Shown: positions 18,240-26,978 of the stretch, piece by piece
How positions within the stretch are numbered: position 1 is the first letter of the stretch
Layout of the letters: the number at the start of each line of letters is the position of its first letter
Virus record (IMG/VR): IMGVR_UViG_3300028837_001657
Location: 1 to 53,105 of that record
DNA length: 53,105 bases
Source of the DNA: a virus
Lineage: Duplodnaviria; Caudoviricetes
Direction: 5' to 3' (one strand)
Notes under the pieces: generated by a model
Database searches by the model: none
The model's input: only the letters and a program-made list of their open reading frames with translations
What the model was told of the DNA's origin: nothing
Translations under genes and position numbers: made by a program

Positions 18240-18791
18240 ATGAGCAAGAAGCCCGAACGAACAGTGCCCGCGCCGACGCAGGCTGCTATGCCTGCCGTGC
18301 CGACTTTAGCGGACGCGATGACAGCGGCAGCAAAAGCACGCGAAGCGCAACAACAAGCCATGCCACTCCCCGAACCAATGAAATTTGGGGAATGGCAAGA
18401 ACAGCAGCGCAAGGGCGTGCCATGGGTGCTTCCTTCCGGCTTGATCGCTTACCTGAAGCCGGTCGGTATCCTCGACTTAGCAGCGCGGGGAGGCATCCCC
18501 GCGCCGCTAATGGGGATGGCAGAGAAGATCACCTCTACAGATACGATCCAGGTACTCTTGAAAGAACTCGGCACCTTCACTGAGACCGTGAGGCTGGTCG
18601 TTCTCGCCGCCGTCGTGTTTCCCAAACTGGTAGCAGAAGAACCAGAGGATGATCAGGAACTGGCAGATGATGAGCTCTGGATTGGAGATTTACTGCTCAG
18701 TGATCAACTAGCAGTATTCAACTGGGCTAACAACACCAGCCAGGTCCTGCGGCCCTTTCGTCCAGAATCCGACGGAGCTGTGGAAACTTGA
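18240..18791 (+). CDS. Tail assembly chaperone
   Basis: LPSG....L.....L...G.IP..L...V.P......L...D...VF.WA....LRPFR; lies between tube and tape measure. Confidence 0.75.
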   Translation: MSKKPERTVPAPTQAAMPAVPTLADAMTAAAKAREAQQQAMPLPEPMKFGEWQEQQRKGVPWVLPSGLIAYLKPVGILDLAARGGIPAPLMGMAEKITSTDTIQVLLKELGTFTETVRLVVLAAVVFPKLVAEEPEDDQELADDELWIGDLLLSDQLAVFNWANNTSQVLRPFRPESDGAVET

Positions 18792-19062
18792 CCTAGTTGC
18801 ACGACGGTACGGCGAGCGGCCAAGCGCCATCTTGGGCATAACTGATTCTTGGCTGGCGTATCAACTCGACCTCACCTGCGCGGGCGCAGGCCTGCGGGTA
18901 GAAACCGCGCAGGTGAAGGCGCGAGCAAGTGGCAAGGCCATGCCTTCCGCGGCAGATGTGCTCTCTGGCAAAGGCCAGGCGACGCAGTTCACTTCCTTCA
19001 GATCGAGGGGGATCACGCCGCGCAAAGTCCAGATACGAGAGGACGGGGGTTGGGATGACTAG
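18757..19062 (+). CDS. Tail assembly chaperone C-terminal extension (reached by +1 frameshift)
   Basis: +1 frame is open from 18712; FVQNPTELWKLDLVARRYGERPSAILGITDSWLAYQLD begins at the CCC-TTT-CGT site; no good independent start. Confidence 0.65.
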   Translation, partial: FVQNPTELWKLDLVARRYGERPSAILGITDSWLAYQLDLTCAGAGLRVETAQVKARASGKAMPSAADVLSGKGQATQFTSFRSRGITPRKVQIREDGGWDD

Positions 19063-19063
19063 G

Positions 19064-19390
19064 ATGGACCAATCACCAGTCAGGCCTGATGGCAGGCCTG
19101 CTGGTGGAGTGCGCACGCCATTCTTCATTGGTCAGCCATCTGACCAGGTACGCCAGGTTGCCAAGCGCACGGGGCGGCAGGCGTTACGTCGGCCTGAAAA
19201 GATTGGTACGGATACCAACGGCCTGATCGTCCAATGGTTCTTGCCTGACGTGACCCTTACTTTCCGCCTGTGGAAGATCGGCCGTGTGACCTGCTACCGA
19301 GTGACCGAGATCATACCCACTGAGCAAGAGCGACGCGCGCAGGCGTCGGGCCGGCCGCGCAAGCGAAAACGCCAACGCAAGAAGAAGTGA
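19064..19390 (+). CDS. Hypothetical basic protein
   Basis: ORF between chaperone and tape measure; basic C-terminal tail. Confidence 0.5.
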   Translation: MDQSPVRPDGRPAGGVRTPFFIGQPSDQVRQVAKRTGRQALRRPEKIGTDTNGLIVQWFLPDVTLTFRLWKIGRVTCYRVTEIIPTEQERRAQASGRPRKRKRQRKKK

Positions 19391-19450
19391 TTTTCTTATC
19401 TCATGCATGCATGGGACTGATTGGACAGGAGCAAGGTGTAGTGACCTGAC

Positions 19451-22400
19451 GTGGCAGTTCAAGTAGGTTCCGCCTACGGCAAGATCGGCATAGACGTCTC
19501 TGGTATCCAACAGGGCGTCAATCAAGCCAATACCATGATCGGCGGCTTTGGGAACGCAATTGGAAGGGTGTTCCAATACGCTGCCGGGACTCTCGTGGCC
19601 CAGGCCGTCAGCCGTATCTCTGGCGCGTTCATATCGACAGGCAAAGAAGCCATCCTCGGCGCTGCCCGTGTAGGAGAAATGGGCGTCGTGCTCGAGGTGA
19701 TGGGTGCGCGGTTGGGACACACTGCCACTCAGATGGAATCTTATGTACAGGGCGTCATTGAGGCAGGAATCCGAACCGATGTCGCTCAAAACCTCATCGC
19801 GCAGTTCACCCGCAACAACCTTGACCTAGCAGATGCGACCGGCCTGGCCCGCGTTGCACAAGACGCGGCAGTCCTATCCATGCAGGACTCCAGTGCCGCG
19901 CTGCAGAAAATGGTATGGGGCATCACTACGGGCAACACCCGTATCTTGCGCCAGGCCGGGATCATGATCAACGCCAACGAGGTCTACAAGCAATACTCGG
20001 CAAGCATAGGGGTGGCGGCTAACGAACTGACAGAGGCCCAAAAACAACAAGCGCGCCTCAGTGCCGTCATGGAACAAGGGCAACGTATTGCGGGCACTTA
20101 CGAAGCGGCGATGGGATCGGCGGGCAAGCAACTGCGCTCGATCCCACGGTACATCTACGAGACGTTGCTGGCGATCGGGCAACCATTCCAAGATGCTTTT
20201 GGCTCAGTGGTATTCAGCATCAGTGACGCAGTTAAGCAAGTGCAGTCCTTTGTGTCTGAAGGAGGGGCACTGTTCCCGCTGTTCCAGAACTTGGGTGCGG
20301 TCGCTGCCGTCATAGGCGAGAGCTTCGGCAACGTTGTGCGCGGGTTGGTCGGAATACGCCAAGAGGCGGTCCGGGCAGCCGAAGACATGGACGCAGCAAT
20401 GCGGGGGGGCGTGGCAAGCATGCAACGCGCCAGCCAAGAAGGATTCAACACCTGGCTGACCAGCCTCGCCAATACTCTCCAGCAAGGTGCATCGAGCGCG
20501 CTGACCTGGGGGATCGAGATCAGCACTCAGCTTGCCACTGGCCTGGTGCAAGGTGCTGCTGCCGCGATCACGGCCGCGATGAATGCTATCAGCGGCTTGC
20601 TGACCTTTTGGTTGGGACCGGGATCGCCGCCCCGCGTGGCCCCTGAGTTGGCTGAGTGGGGTGCGGCATGGATGACCGAGATACTGGAAGGCTTCTCTCA
20701 GGCCGACTACGACGTCTTGGGGGGAGTGCAGCGACAATTGAGCACCGCCCTGGACACTTTAGTCAACCTGGGAGAATTGACCGAAGATGCAGTAGGGGAC
20801 ACCTACGCCAGTGTCTCTTATCAGTTAATGGCCGCGCTGGATCAGTTCAATCAAACAGGAGTAATGTCGACGCAAATCTTCGACGACTTGGTCGAGGTGG
20901 GCGGGGACTTCGGGCAAGAGCTGGCAGACTTGCTGGGGATGGAGTTGGACCTGGCCGTCGCCACCGCGAAGGCGGCAGAGGCGCAGCAAGACTTGAACGA
21001 TGCGCAGGCTGCCGAGATGGCATACGACCAGTTGTTGGCCGACCTGGGGGTACTGCGGGCCGAGTACGCCGTCGTGCAATCAGAAGGCATTGAGGCTGCC
21101 AGCGCGCAAGAGACTGCCGCGCGCACGCAGGTCGACGCAGTGCAGGCACTCGTCAGAGAGTATCAGGCTCTCGCCGCCGCCGGCGCTGATACTTCTTTGC
21201 TTGCTGCAAAAGAGGCAGAGATCGAGGCCACGATGACTGCGGCCGACGCCTCGGTAGGTGCGCACCAGCAGACCGTCGCCGCGACCGACGCGGCCCTCGA
21301 CGCGCTCGAAGGTCAGATCGACGCCAAAGAGGATGAGGTAGACGCAGCGGAGGCAGCGGCCCAGGCAGCACAGGCACAGATCGACGCAGCACAGGCCACC
21401 TATGACCTGGCCATGATGGAAGTAAACGCTGCGCAAGAGAAAGTGGACCTCCAAAACCAATTGCTCGACCAAGTGTTCGGCATTACTGATGCACAGGCAG
21501 ACTCGCTCGCCATCACGGACGACATTGCAGGCGCGTTAGGTGCAGCCGCAGGGGGAGCGGGCGGACTGAGTGACGCCTTGGCGGGGGCGATGGACATGGC
21601 GGGCGGCCTCGCGGGGGCCGGAGAATCAGTCGTCAGTGCCTTCGATGTCTTGAAGGAGCAAGTGCGCGACAAGCTGGCAGAGGCATTCGAGCCCGTCCGT
21701 GTCCTCTGGGAAGAAACGTTGCCCAAGGCACTTGCCCCGCTCCAAGAAGCATGGGACGGACTGATGGGCGACATGCGGCGCGTCTACGATGAGAAAATCC
21801 AACCCATCGTGGACGGGATCAAGGATGTTCTGCCGGACGACTTTTTGGTCAAACTCGGCCAGGTAGCCGGGGTGGTACTTGCGGCAGATCTCGCCTTTAG
21901 GTTGCTGGGGCTCTCTTTGGCTATCGTGGCTACCCTCGTCTCGGCCATTACCAGTCCAATCGCGCTGATCGTGGGCGCAGTCGCCCTGTTGTACGTCGCA
22001 TGGACAGAGAATTGGTTTGGCATCCAAGACGTCACTACACGAGTGTGGGAGAAGCACATCAAGCCAGCAGTCGAGGGCATCAAGAAGTGGTTCGAGAAGA
22101 ATTGGCCCATCATACAGGCTGTGTTTCTGACCGCATGGACGGTCATCCAAGACGTCGCCACGGTCGTCGCCAACATCTTCACCAACAGCATCATGCCCAG
22201 CATCCAAGGGGCTCTTGAAAACATATCCGCAGCGATGGAAAGCCTGGGGATTGATTGGGAGGCTATTTGGGGCTGGCTAGGCGACATCGTCATGACTATA
22301 GGCGCACTGATCGGTGGCAACCTCCTCTTGGTCGTGGGCATCATCGTTTCAGCCTTTGAAACCGTGGCAGAGGTCATCGCTTATGTTACCGGCGTTTGGG

Positions 22401-23263
22401 CGCAAATGGCCGAAAGCGTGCGCCTGATCATCGAAGGACTCTCCAACATCATCGGCGGTGCCATGGCGCTGATCAAGGGAATCATCACCGGCGACACTGA
22501 TTTGATCCGCGAATCATTCAAGGCCAACTTCGAGGGCGTCAAGCAAATTGTCGAAGGGGTATTCGGTTTCATCTCCTCTTGGATCTCGCTCACCTTGGGC
22601 ACAGTTATCAAGACTGTGGGCGGCTTCGTGGAGAATCTCATCTTTTTCTTCGTGGACCTGTACGAGCAGCTAGTCGGCGGCTCGATCATCCCCGAACTGA
22701 TGGAGGGCATGCTTGGCCTGTTCGTGGACACGCTTGAGGATTTATGGCTTTACTGGAAAGAGAAGTGGACCGACATCCTCGACACGCTGCGCAACATCGT
22801 TTCCGACATCCTCGCCACGATTCGGACGTGGCTCAGCGATGTGTGGCAAACCGTGACGACTACGTTCAACGACATCGTGATCTTCTTGCAAGGTCTCTAT
22901 GGCAGTGCGGTAGATGCGGGGAAAGCCTTCATCCAGGGCTTGATAGACGGCATCGGTCAGATGACGGACGCACTATGGAATGCTGTCATGGCTGTCGCGC
23001 AATCGGTGATCGACTGGTTGTTCTCAAAGTGGGGCATCCCCACGGGGGGCGGTGGCGAAGAGAAGGCCGCGCTGGCAGAGATCCTCGGTAGTTATGGGAA
23101 CCTGCCCGCCACCGCCATGCCTGGCCTCGCCTTGGCAACGTCGCCAGCAACAGAGGGAGCGGCGCTGCTGCCATCCACCCTCATCGTTTATGGCGACGTG
23201 ACGGTGGAAGGCGTGCAGGACACGTCTAGCCTGATGGCTGAGTTACAGGAGCTCGCGCTATGA
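19451..23263 (+). CDS. Tape measure protein
   Basis: 1270 aa, Ala-rich helical; VGSAYGKI.ID N-terminus, AMGSAGKQLRS motif, TM-like and Trp-periodic C-terminal repeats, LVGGSIIP motif. Confidence 0.92.
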   Translation: MAVQVGSAYGKIGIDVSGIQQGVNQANTMIGGFGNAIGRVFQYAAGTLVAQAVSRISGAFISTGKEAILGAARVGEMGVVLEVMGARLGHTATQMESYVQGVIEAGIRTDVAQNLIAQFTRNNLDLADATGLARVAQDAAVLSMQDSSAALQKMVWGITTGNTRILRQAGIMINANEVYKQYSASIGVAANELTEAQKQQARLSAVMEQGQRIAGTYEAAMGSAGKQLRSIPRYIYETLLAIGQPFQDAFGSVVFSISDAVKQVQSFVSEGGALFPLFQNLGAVAAVIGESFGNVVRGLVGIRQEAVRAAEDMDAAMRGGVASMQRASQEGFNTWLTSLANTLQQGASSALTWGIEISTQLATGLVQGAAAAITAAMNAISGLLTFWLGPGSPPRVAPELAEWGAAWMTEILEGFSQADYDVLGGVQRQLSTALDTLVNLGELTEDAVGDTYASVSYQLMAALDQFNQTGVMSTQIFDDLVEVGGDFGQELADLLGMELDLAVATAKAAEAQQDLNDAQAAEMAYDQLLADLGVLRAEYAVVQSEGIEAASAQETAARTQVDAVQALVREYQALAAAGADTSLLAAKEAEIEATMTAADASVGAHQQTVAATDAALDALEGQIDAKEDEVDAAEAAAQAAQAQIDAAQATYDLAMMEVNAAQEKVDLQNQLLDQVFGITDAQADSLAITDDIAGALGAAAGGAGGLSDALAGAMDMAGGLAGAGESVVSAFDVLKEQVRDKLAEAFEPVRVLWEETLPKALAPLQEAWDGLMGDMRRVYDEKIQPIVDGIKDVLPDDFLVKLGQVAGVVLAADLAFRLLGLSLAIVATLVSAITSPIALIVGAVALLYVAWTENWFGIQDVTTRVWEKHIKPAVEGIKKWFEKNWPIIQAVFLTAWTVIQDVATVVANIFTNSIMPSIQGALENISAAMESLGIDWEAIWGWLGDIVMTIGALIGGNLLLVVGIIVSAFETVAEVIAYVTGVWAQMAESVRLIIEGLSNIIGGAMALIKGIITGDTDLIRESFKANFEGVKQIVEGVFGFISSWISLTLGTVIKTVGGFVENLIFFFVDLYEQLVGGSIIPELMEGMLGLFVDTLEDLWLYWKEKWTDILDTLRNIVSDILATIRTWLSDVWQTVTTTFNDIVIFLQGLYGSAVDAGKAFIQGLIDGIGQMTDALWNAVMAVAQSVIDWLFSKWGIPTGGGGEEKAALAEILGSYGNLPATAMPGLALATSPATEGAALLPSTLIVYGDVTVEGVQDTSSLMAELQELAL

Positions 23264-25218
23264 AAGTCGTCTCATTCGACGGGAATGCATTCGCGCCCAC
23301 CTACACGGCCACGATCACTGGCAGTGAACGCATGCGCCTGCCGGGAACCAAGGCAATCAGTGTTGAGCGTCCGGGCACATTCCCCGTTCTCAGCGGGGTA
23401 GAGTACAAATCACTGAAGGTGCCGCTTGGCATTGCCATCGAAGATGACACCAGCATAGAGGCGGCCAGGTTAGAACTCCTTCAATGGTTCAAGCCAGGCG
23501 ACGGAACCTCTAGGCGATTAGTGGTGTCCGACGACAATGGGCAAAACCTCAGGTACCGGGATTGTGTCTGCGAGTCGCTGGACGCCATGCCCAAGAGCGC
23601 CGGTCACATATTCGTGGTGCGGTTGCGGGTAGACAAGGATTATCGCTGGCGAGCAGTCACGGATGATGAAGAGACATGGAACATCACCGCCACTGGGCAA
23701 ACGACTGCCGTCACTAACGCGGGCGAGGACGAGGCATACCCAGTCCTCGACATCAAGCCGACCAGTACCCACGTGGCGGGCTACGATAACAAGCGGTGGG
23801 TGTGCATCTTTTGGTATTGCGACGAGAGCGTGTTCAACTACCCCATCCAAATCGACATGCCTGACCTCACGGGCAAGTGCCAAGGCGACGGCGATGACGT
23901 CCGCGTGTTCGTGGACGGCACGGAGACTTACCGATGGATCGACGGCACGATCCCCACCGACTTTTACATCTGGATCAATACCTGGTTCATGGCGGGTAGG
24001 CAAGCAACCTTGGCGCACGCCATAGCCAGCGGAGACCCTGCCGAGACGATAGACGTCAACGAGGATATCACCTGGTGGGGGGCGTCTGGGATCATATACA
24101 TCCAGAACGCAGCGACGGAGTACGAGGTCTTTACCTATGAAAGCAAGAACGATGGTTTGAGGCGATTCTTGGGTGTTACCAGGGCGCAAAAAGGCACCAC
24201 GGCGCGCAACTTTGCTGTAGACGACGCAGCATACTGGGTGCAGCACGACGTGTGGGTCATGTATGGCAACACGGCGGCTGAAGCGCCTTGGATGTACGAC
24301 GACATCGAGCCTGCCTTCGACTTGCTGAGCTCGGACAATGACCACTGGGTATGGTCGCTCGTTCCTCCCCACGACGATGGGTGCTTCGGGGAAGACGACG
24401 GTTACAGGACGATGCAGTGGATATGGGAGTTATTCAGCGGCTACTCGGGTTGGCCCTACGGGGGAGAGTATGGCACGGTAGAAGATCCGTGGGAGGTGGC
24501 TGGGATACGAGCACTCATCAGTTCTATCCCACCCCGGCCCGGCCTGCCCGTGGTCAACATCTCTACCGGGCATTACATTCTCTTCAATCCATGCGGCATT
24601 ACCTGGTGCTATGTCATGGGACACAGCCTGAAGGACTACACCGGTGCGGACTGGTACGCCAATCTGCGAGCGAGCGAAATCGGGGGCTCAAACTACCTGG
24701 ATTGGGAGTATTTCGCCACTATTCCCGAGCCAACAGTATCTTCTCCGAGCTGGGATGACTGGGACATCACGTATGACCTCGCCGCGAATTACCCGGGCAA
24801 GCATTTCCGCTGGATGGACTTTCTTCTCTGGTTAGACGGGGCAGCGGGTGACCTGGCTCGATGCGAAATGTACCACTGCTACCTGGCATTCAACACAGCG
24901 TATACCCCCGAGGTCATGGTGTTTGGCGAGAGCGGCAACTATGACCTGGAGTGCACGATCACTAACGAGACGACAGGAGATGCCATCAAGGTCACGTACA
25001 AGATGGAAATAGACGACACCTTGCGGGTAGACACCGCGAACAAAGTGGTCACGGACCTAGTCGATGGCTCAGTACAGATGCAGGCACGGGAAGTGTTAGG
25101 AGACGTGCGCTCGCAGTGGCTTCCCTTGGCACTTGGGCCTAACACGCTGCGCTACGACGCCGCCGGCACCGGTAACGTCACCGTCACGGTGACGTGGATC
25201 AAGAGGTATCTACTATAA
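23260..25218 (+). CDS. Distal tail protein (Dit) with large internal insertion
   Basis: Follows the tape measure; VTNAG...AYPV near the N-terminus and WLPL..GPNTLRY...VTVTW..RY at the C-terminus; internal KCQGDGDDVRV (DUF2341-like). Confidence 0.75.
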   Translation: MKVVSFDGNAFAPTYTATITGSERMRLPGTKAISVERPGTFPVLSGVEYKSLKVPLGIAIEDDTSIEAARLELLQWFKPGDGTSRRLVVSDDNGQNLRYRDCVCESLDAMPKSAGHIFVVRLRVDKDYRWRAVTDDEETWNITATGQTTAVTNAGEDEAYPVLDIKPTSTHVAGYDNKRWVCIFWYCDESVFNYPIQIDMPDLTGKCQGDGDDVRVFVDGTETYRWIDGTIPTDFYIWINTWFMAGRQATLAHAIASGDPAETIDVNEDITWWGASGIIYIQNAATEYEVFTYESKNDGLRRFLGVTRAQKGTTARNFAVDDAAYWVQHDVWVMYGNTAAEAPWMYDDIEPAFDLLSSDNDHWVWSLVPPHDDGCFGEDDGYRTMQWIWELFSGYSGWPYGGEYGTVEDPWEVAGIRALISSIPPRPGLPVVNISTGHYILFNPCGITWCYVMGHSLKDYTGADWYANLRASEIGGSNYLDWEYFATIPEPTVSSPSWDDWDITYDLAANYPGKHFRWMDFLLWLDGAAGDLARCEMYHCYLAFNTAYTPEVMVFGESGNYDLECTITNETTGDAIKVTYKMEIDDTLRVDTANKVVTDLVDGSVQMQAREVLGDVRSQWLPLALGPNTLRYDAAGTGNVTVTVTWIKRYLL

Positions 25219-26249
25219 TGCCGACAGCTGTGCAGACACGGATCTTTAACCGCTACGGGCGCGAGTCGGCCGAGATTGACGCTGGTCTCCAATCAATTTC
25301 CTGGCGGCTCAACGACTATGGACAGTCACGCTTCAGCATGCCTTGGGCAGACGCGAAGTGCACGAAGGCTATGTTGCGGCCCGGCAACCGCGTGCTGCAC
25401 GAGTTCTCGACCGGCCTGCCCGCCTGGGCCGGGACCATCGACGTTCCCCGTGGCCGCACGTTCGGCACTACGGACGTCACGGCGTACACAGGGGAGAAAT
25501 TGCTGGATTCTCGGTACACCATCATCAACGCCGTGTACGATGCAATTCGGCCAGGGGCCATCTTCCAGGATTTGATCATGCAGGTCAACGCGATCCACGC
25601 GACCTCTATCACCTTGGGCGAGATATACGCGGGCGGGAGTGCCCGCGACGAGGAGTATCATTACCACAACCTGTATGATGCGATCGTTGACTTGGCCCGC
25701 CTGAGCGGGCACGATTTTGCTGTGTTGCCAAACATAACAACGGCGAGTATCGAGTTCATAGCCGGGTGGTACGAGCGCCGAGGCCGCGATCTTCGGACTA
25801 AGATCCACCTGATCCATGGCGTGAACGTGAGCGCGGGCGCGTTGGATGAGCAAGGCACCATCGCCAATCACATCATCGTGGTTGGCGAAGGACAGGACTG
25901 GGACGCGGACAGGCCGACCGCGATCGCAGATGACTTAGAAAGCCAAGATCGCTATGGGTACCGGGAGCATGTCGTGATTCTGACGGATATCGGGGACATA
26001 CCCACGTTGCAGGCAACGGCGGACGCACTCCTGGTAGAGATGGCCTATCCGCGAAACCGCATCACGCTCTCTGCGACCAACCAAGTTCCGGCCCTGTATT
26101 CCGAGTATGACGTCGGGGACATCGTGTGGGCGGAGTTGTTCTTGGACAGTGTAGGGTGGCACTTCGACGCAGCCGTGCGTGTACTGGCCCGCGAGTGGGA
26201 CGCGAACACCGACTCTTGCACGCTTGAGGTTGAGGAGTACGCTTTTTAA
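25218..26249 (+). CDS. Baseplate hub / Tal-like minor tail protein
   Basis: W.LN..G...F, N.I.V.GEG, S...YG.RE and Y.VGD.V motifs; follows Dit. Confidence 0.75.
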   Translation: MPTAVQTRIFNRYGRESAEIDAGLQSISWRLNDYGQSRFSMPWADAKCTKAMLRPGNRVLHEFSTGLPAWAGTIDVPRGRTFGTTDVTAYTGEKLLDSRYTIINAVYDAIRPGAIFQDLIMQVNAIHATSITLGEIYAGGSARDEEYHYHNLYDAIVDLARLSGHDFAVLPNITTASIEFIAGWYERRGRDLRTKIHLIHGVNVSAGALDEQGTIANHIIVVGEGQDWDADRPTAIADDLESQDRYGYREHVVILTDIGDIPTLQATADALLVEMAYPRNRITLSATNQVPALYSEYDVGDIVWAELFLDSVGWHFDAAVRVLAREWDANTDSCTLEVEEYAF

Positions 26250-26968
26250 TGACAATCCGGAAGGATCACTACTCCGAGAATATATTCGAGCAACTAAAAG
26301 CGATGAAGCGGCGCGTAGACAGGCTAGAGCGTCGCACCGGGAGCGTGGGAGGCCGCGGGCAGATGGGCGCCGCCAGACACTCTCGCCTGGCGGGACTGGC
26401 GGAAGACGATCATCTGCATTACGTGCACTTAGATGGCGCTCGCACGATCACGGCGCAGCATACCTTCGCACCGGCAGCGGTGCAGCCTCCCTTCCTCCTC
26501 AGTGCGAACGCACAAGACCAGGTAGTCGTGGGCTTGCGGGCCGACCAGGTCAACCGGACCCTCACGGCGGGAACCGGATTGACCGGGGGCGGCCTGCTGA
26601 CGGCAGACCGCCAGCTAGACGTAGACGAGACATACGCGTTCAGTTGGAGCGCGCTGCACGTGTTTGGAATTGGACTCAGGATCACAGCAGGGCAGACGCT
26701 GCAATTCGGCACGGACGCCGCACTGGAGCGTGTCGCAGCCGGAGCCGTCGGGCCTGCAACCGGCGACGTGCTCCAGTCGCAAGGTTACAGCGTGGGGCGA
26801 ACGGGTTGGAAGTTAGAAGCTAGCGATCATGCCGAGATGAACAGCGCAGAGGTGCGCGCAGAGATGCACGCCAGCGTGTTGACCGTTGGGGAGAACCACG
26901 CGGTAGGTGGCACCGTGACGCTGAGTGCAGCCTCTGTGTTGTGGGAAGAGGTCACCACGCTAGACTAG
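26249..26968 (+). CDS. Tail fibre/spike N-terminal part
   Basis: Coiled-coil RRVDRLER, H..L.GL..DDH..Y, AGTGLTGGG.L..DR.L and GW......AE.N...VR.E.HASV motifs. Confidence 0.7.
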   Translation: MTIRKDHYSENIFEQLKAMKRRVDRLERRTGSVGGRGQMGAARHSRLAGLAEDDHLHYVHLDGARTITAQHTFAPAAVQPPFLLSANAQDQVVVGLRADQVNRTLTAGTGLTGGGLLTADRQLDVDETYAFSWSALHVFGIGLRITAGQTLQFGTDAALERVAAGAVGPATGDVLQSQGYSVGRTGWKLEASDHAEMNSAEVRAEMHASVLTVGENHAVGGTVTLSAASVLWEEVTTLD

Positions 26969-26978
26969 GAAGAGAAGA

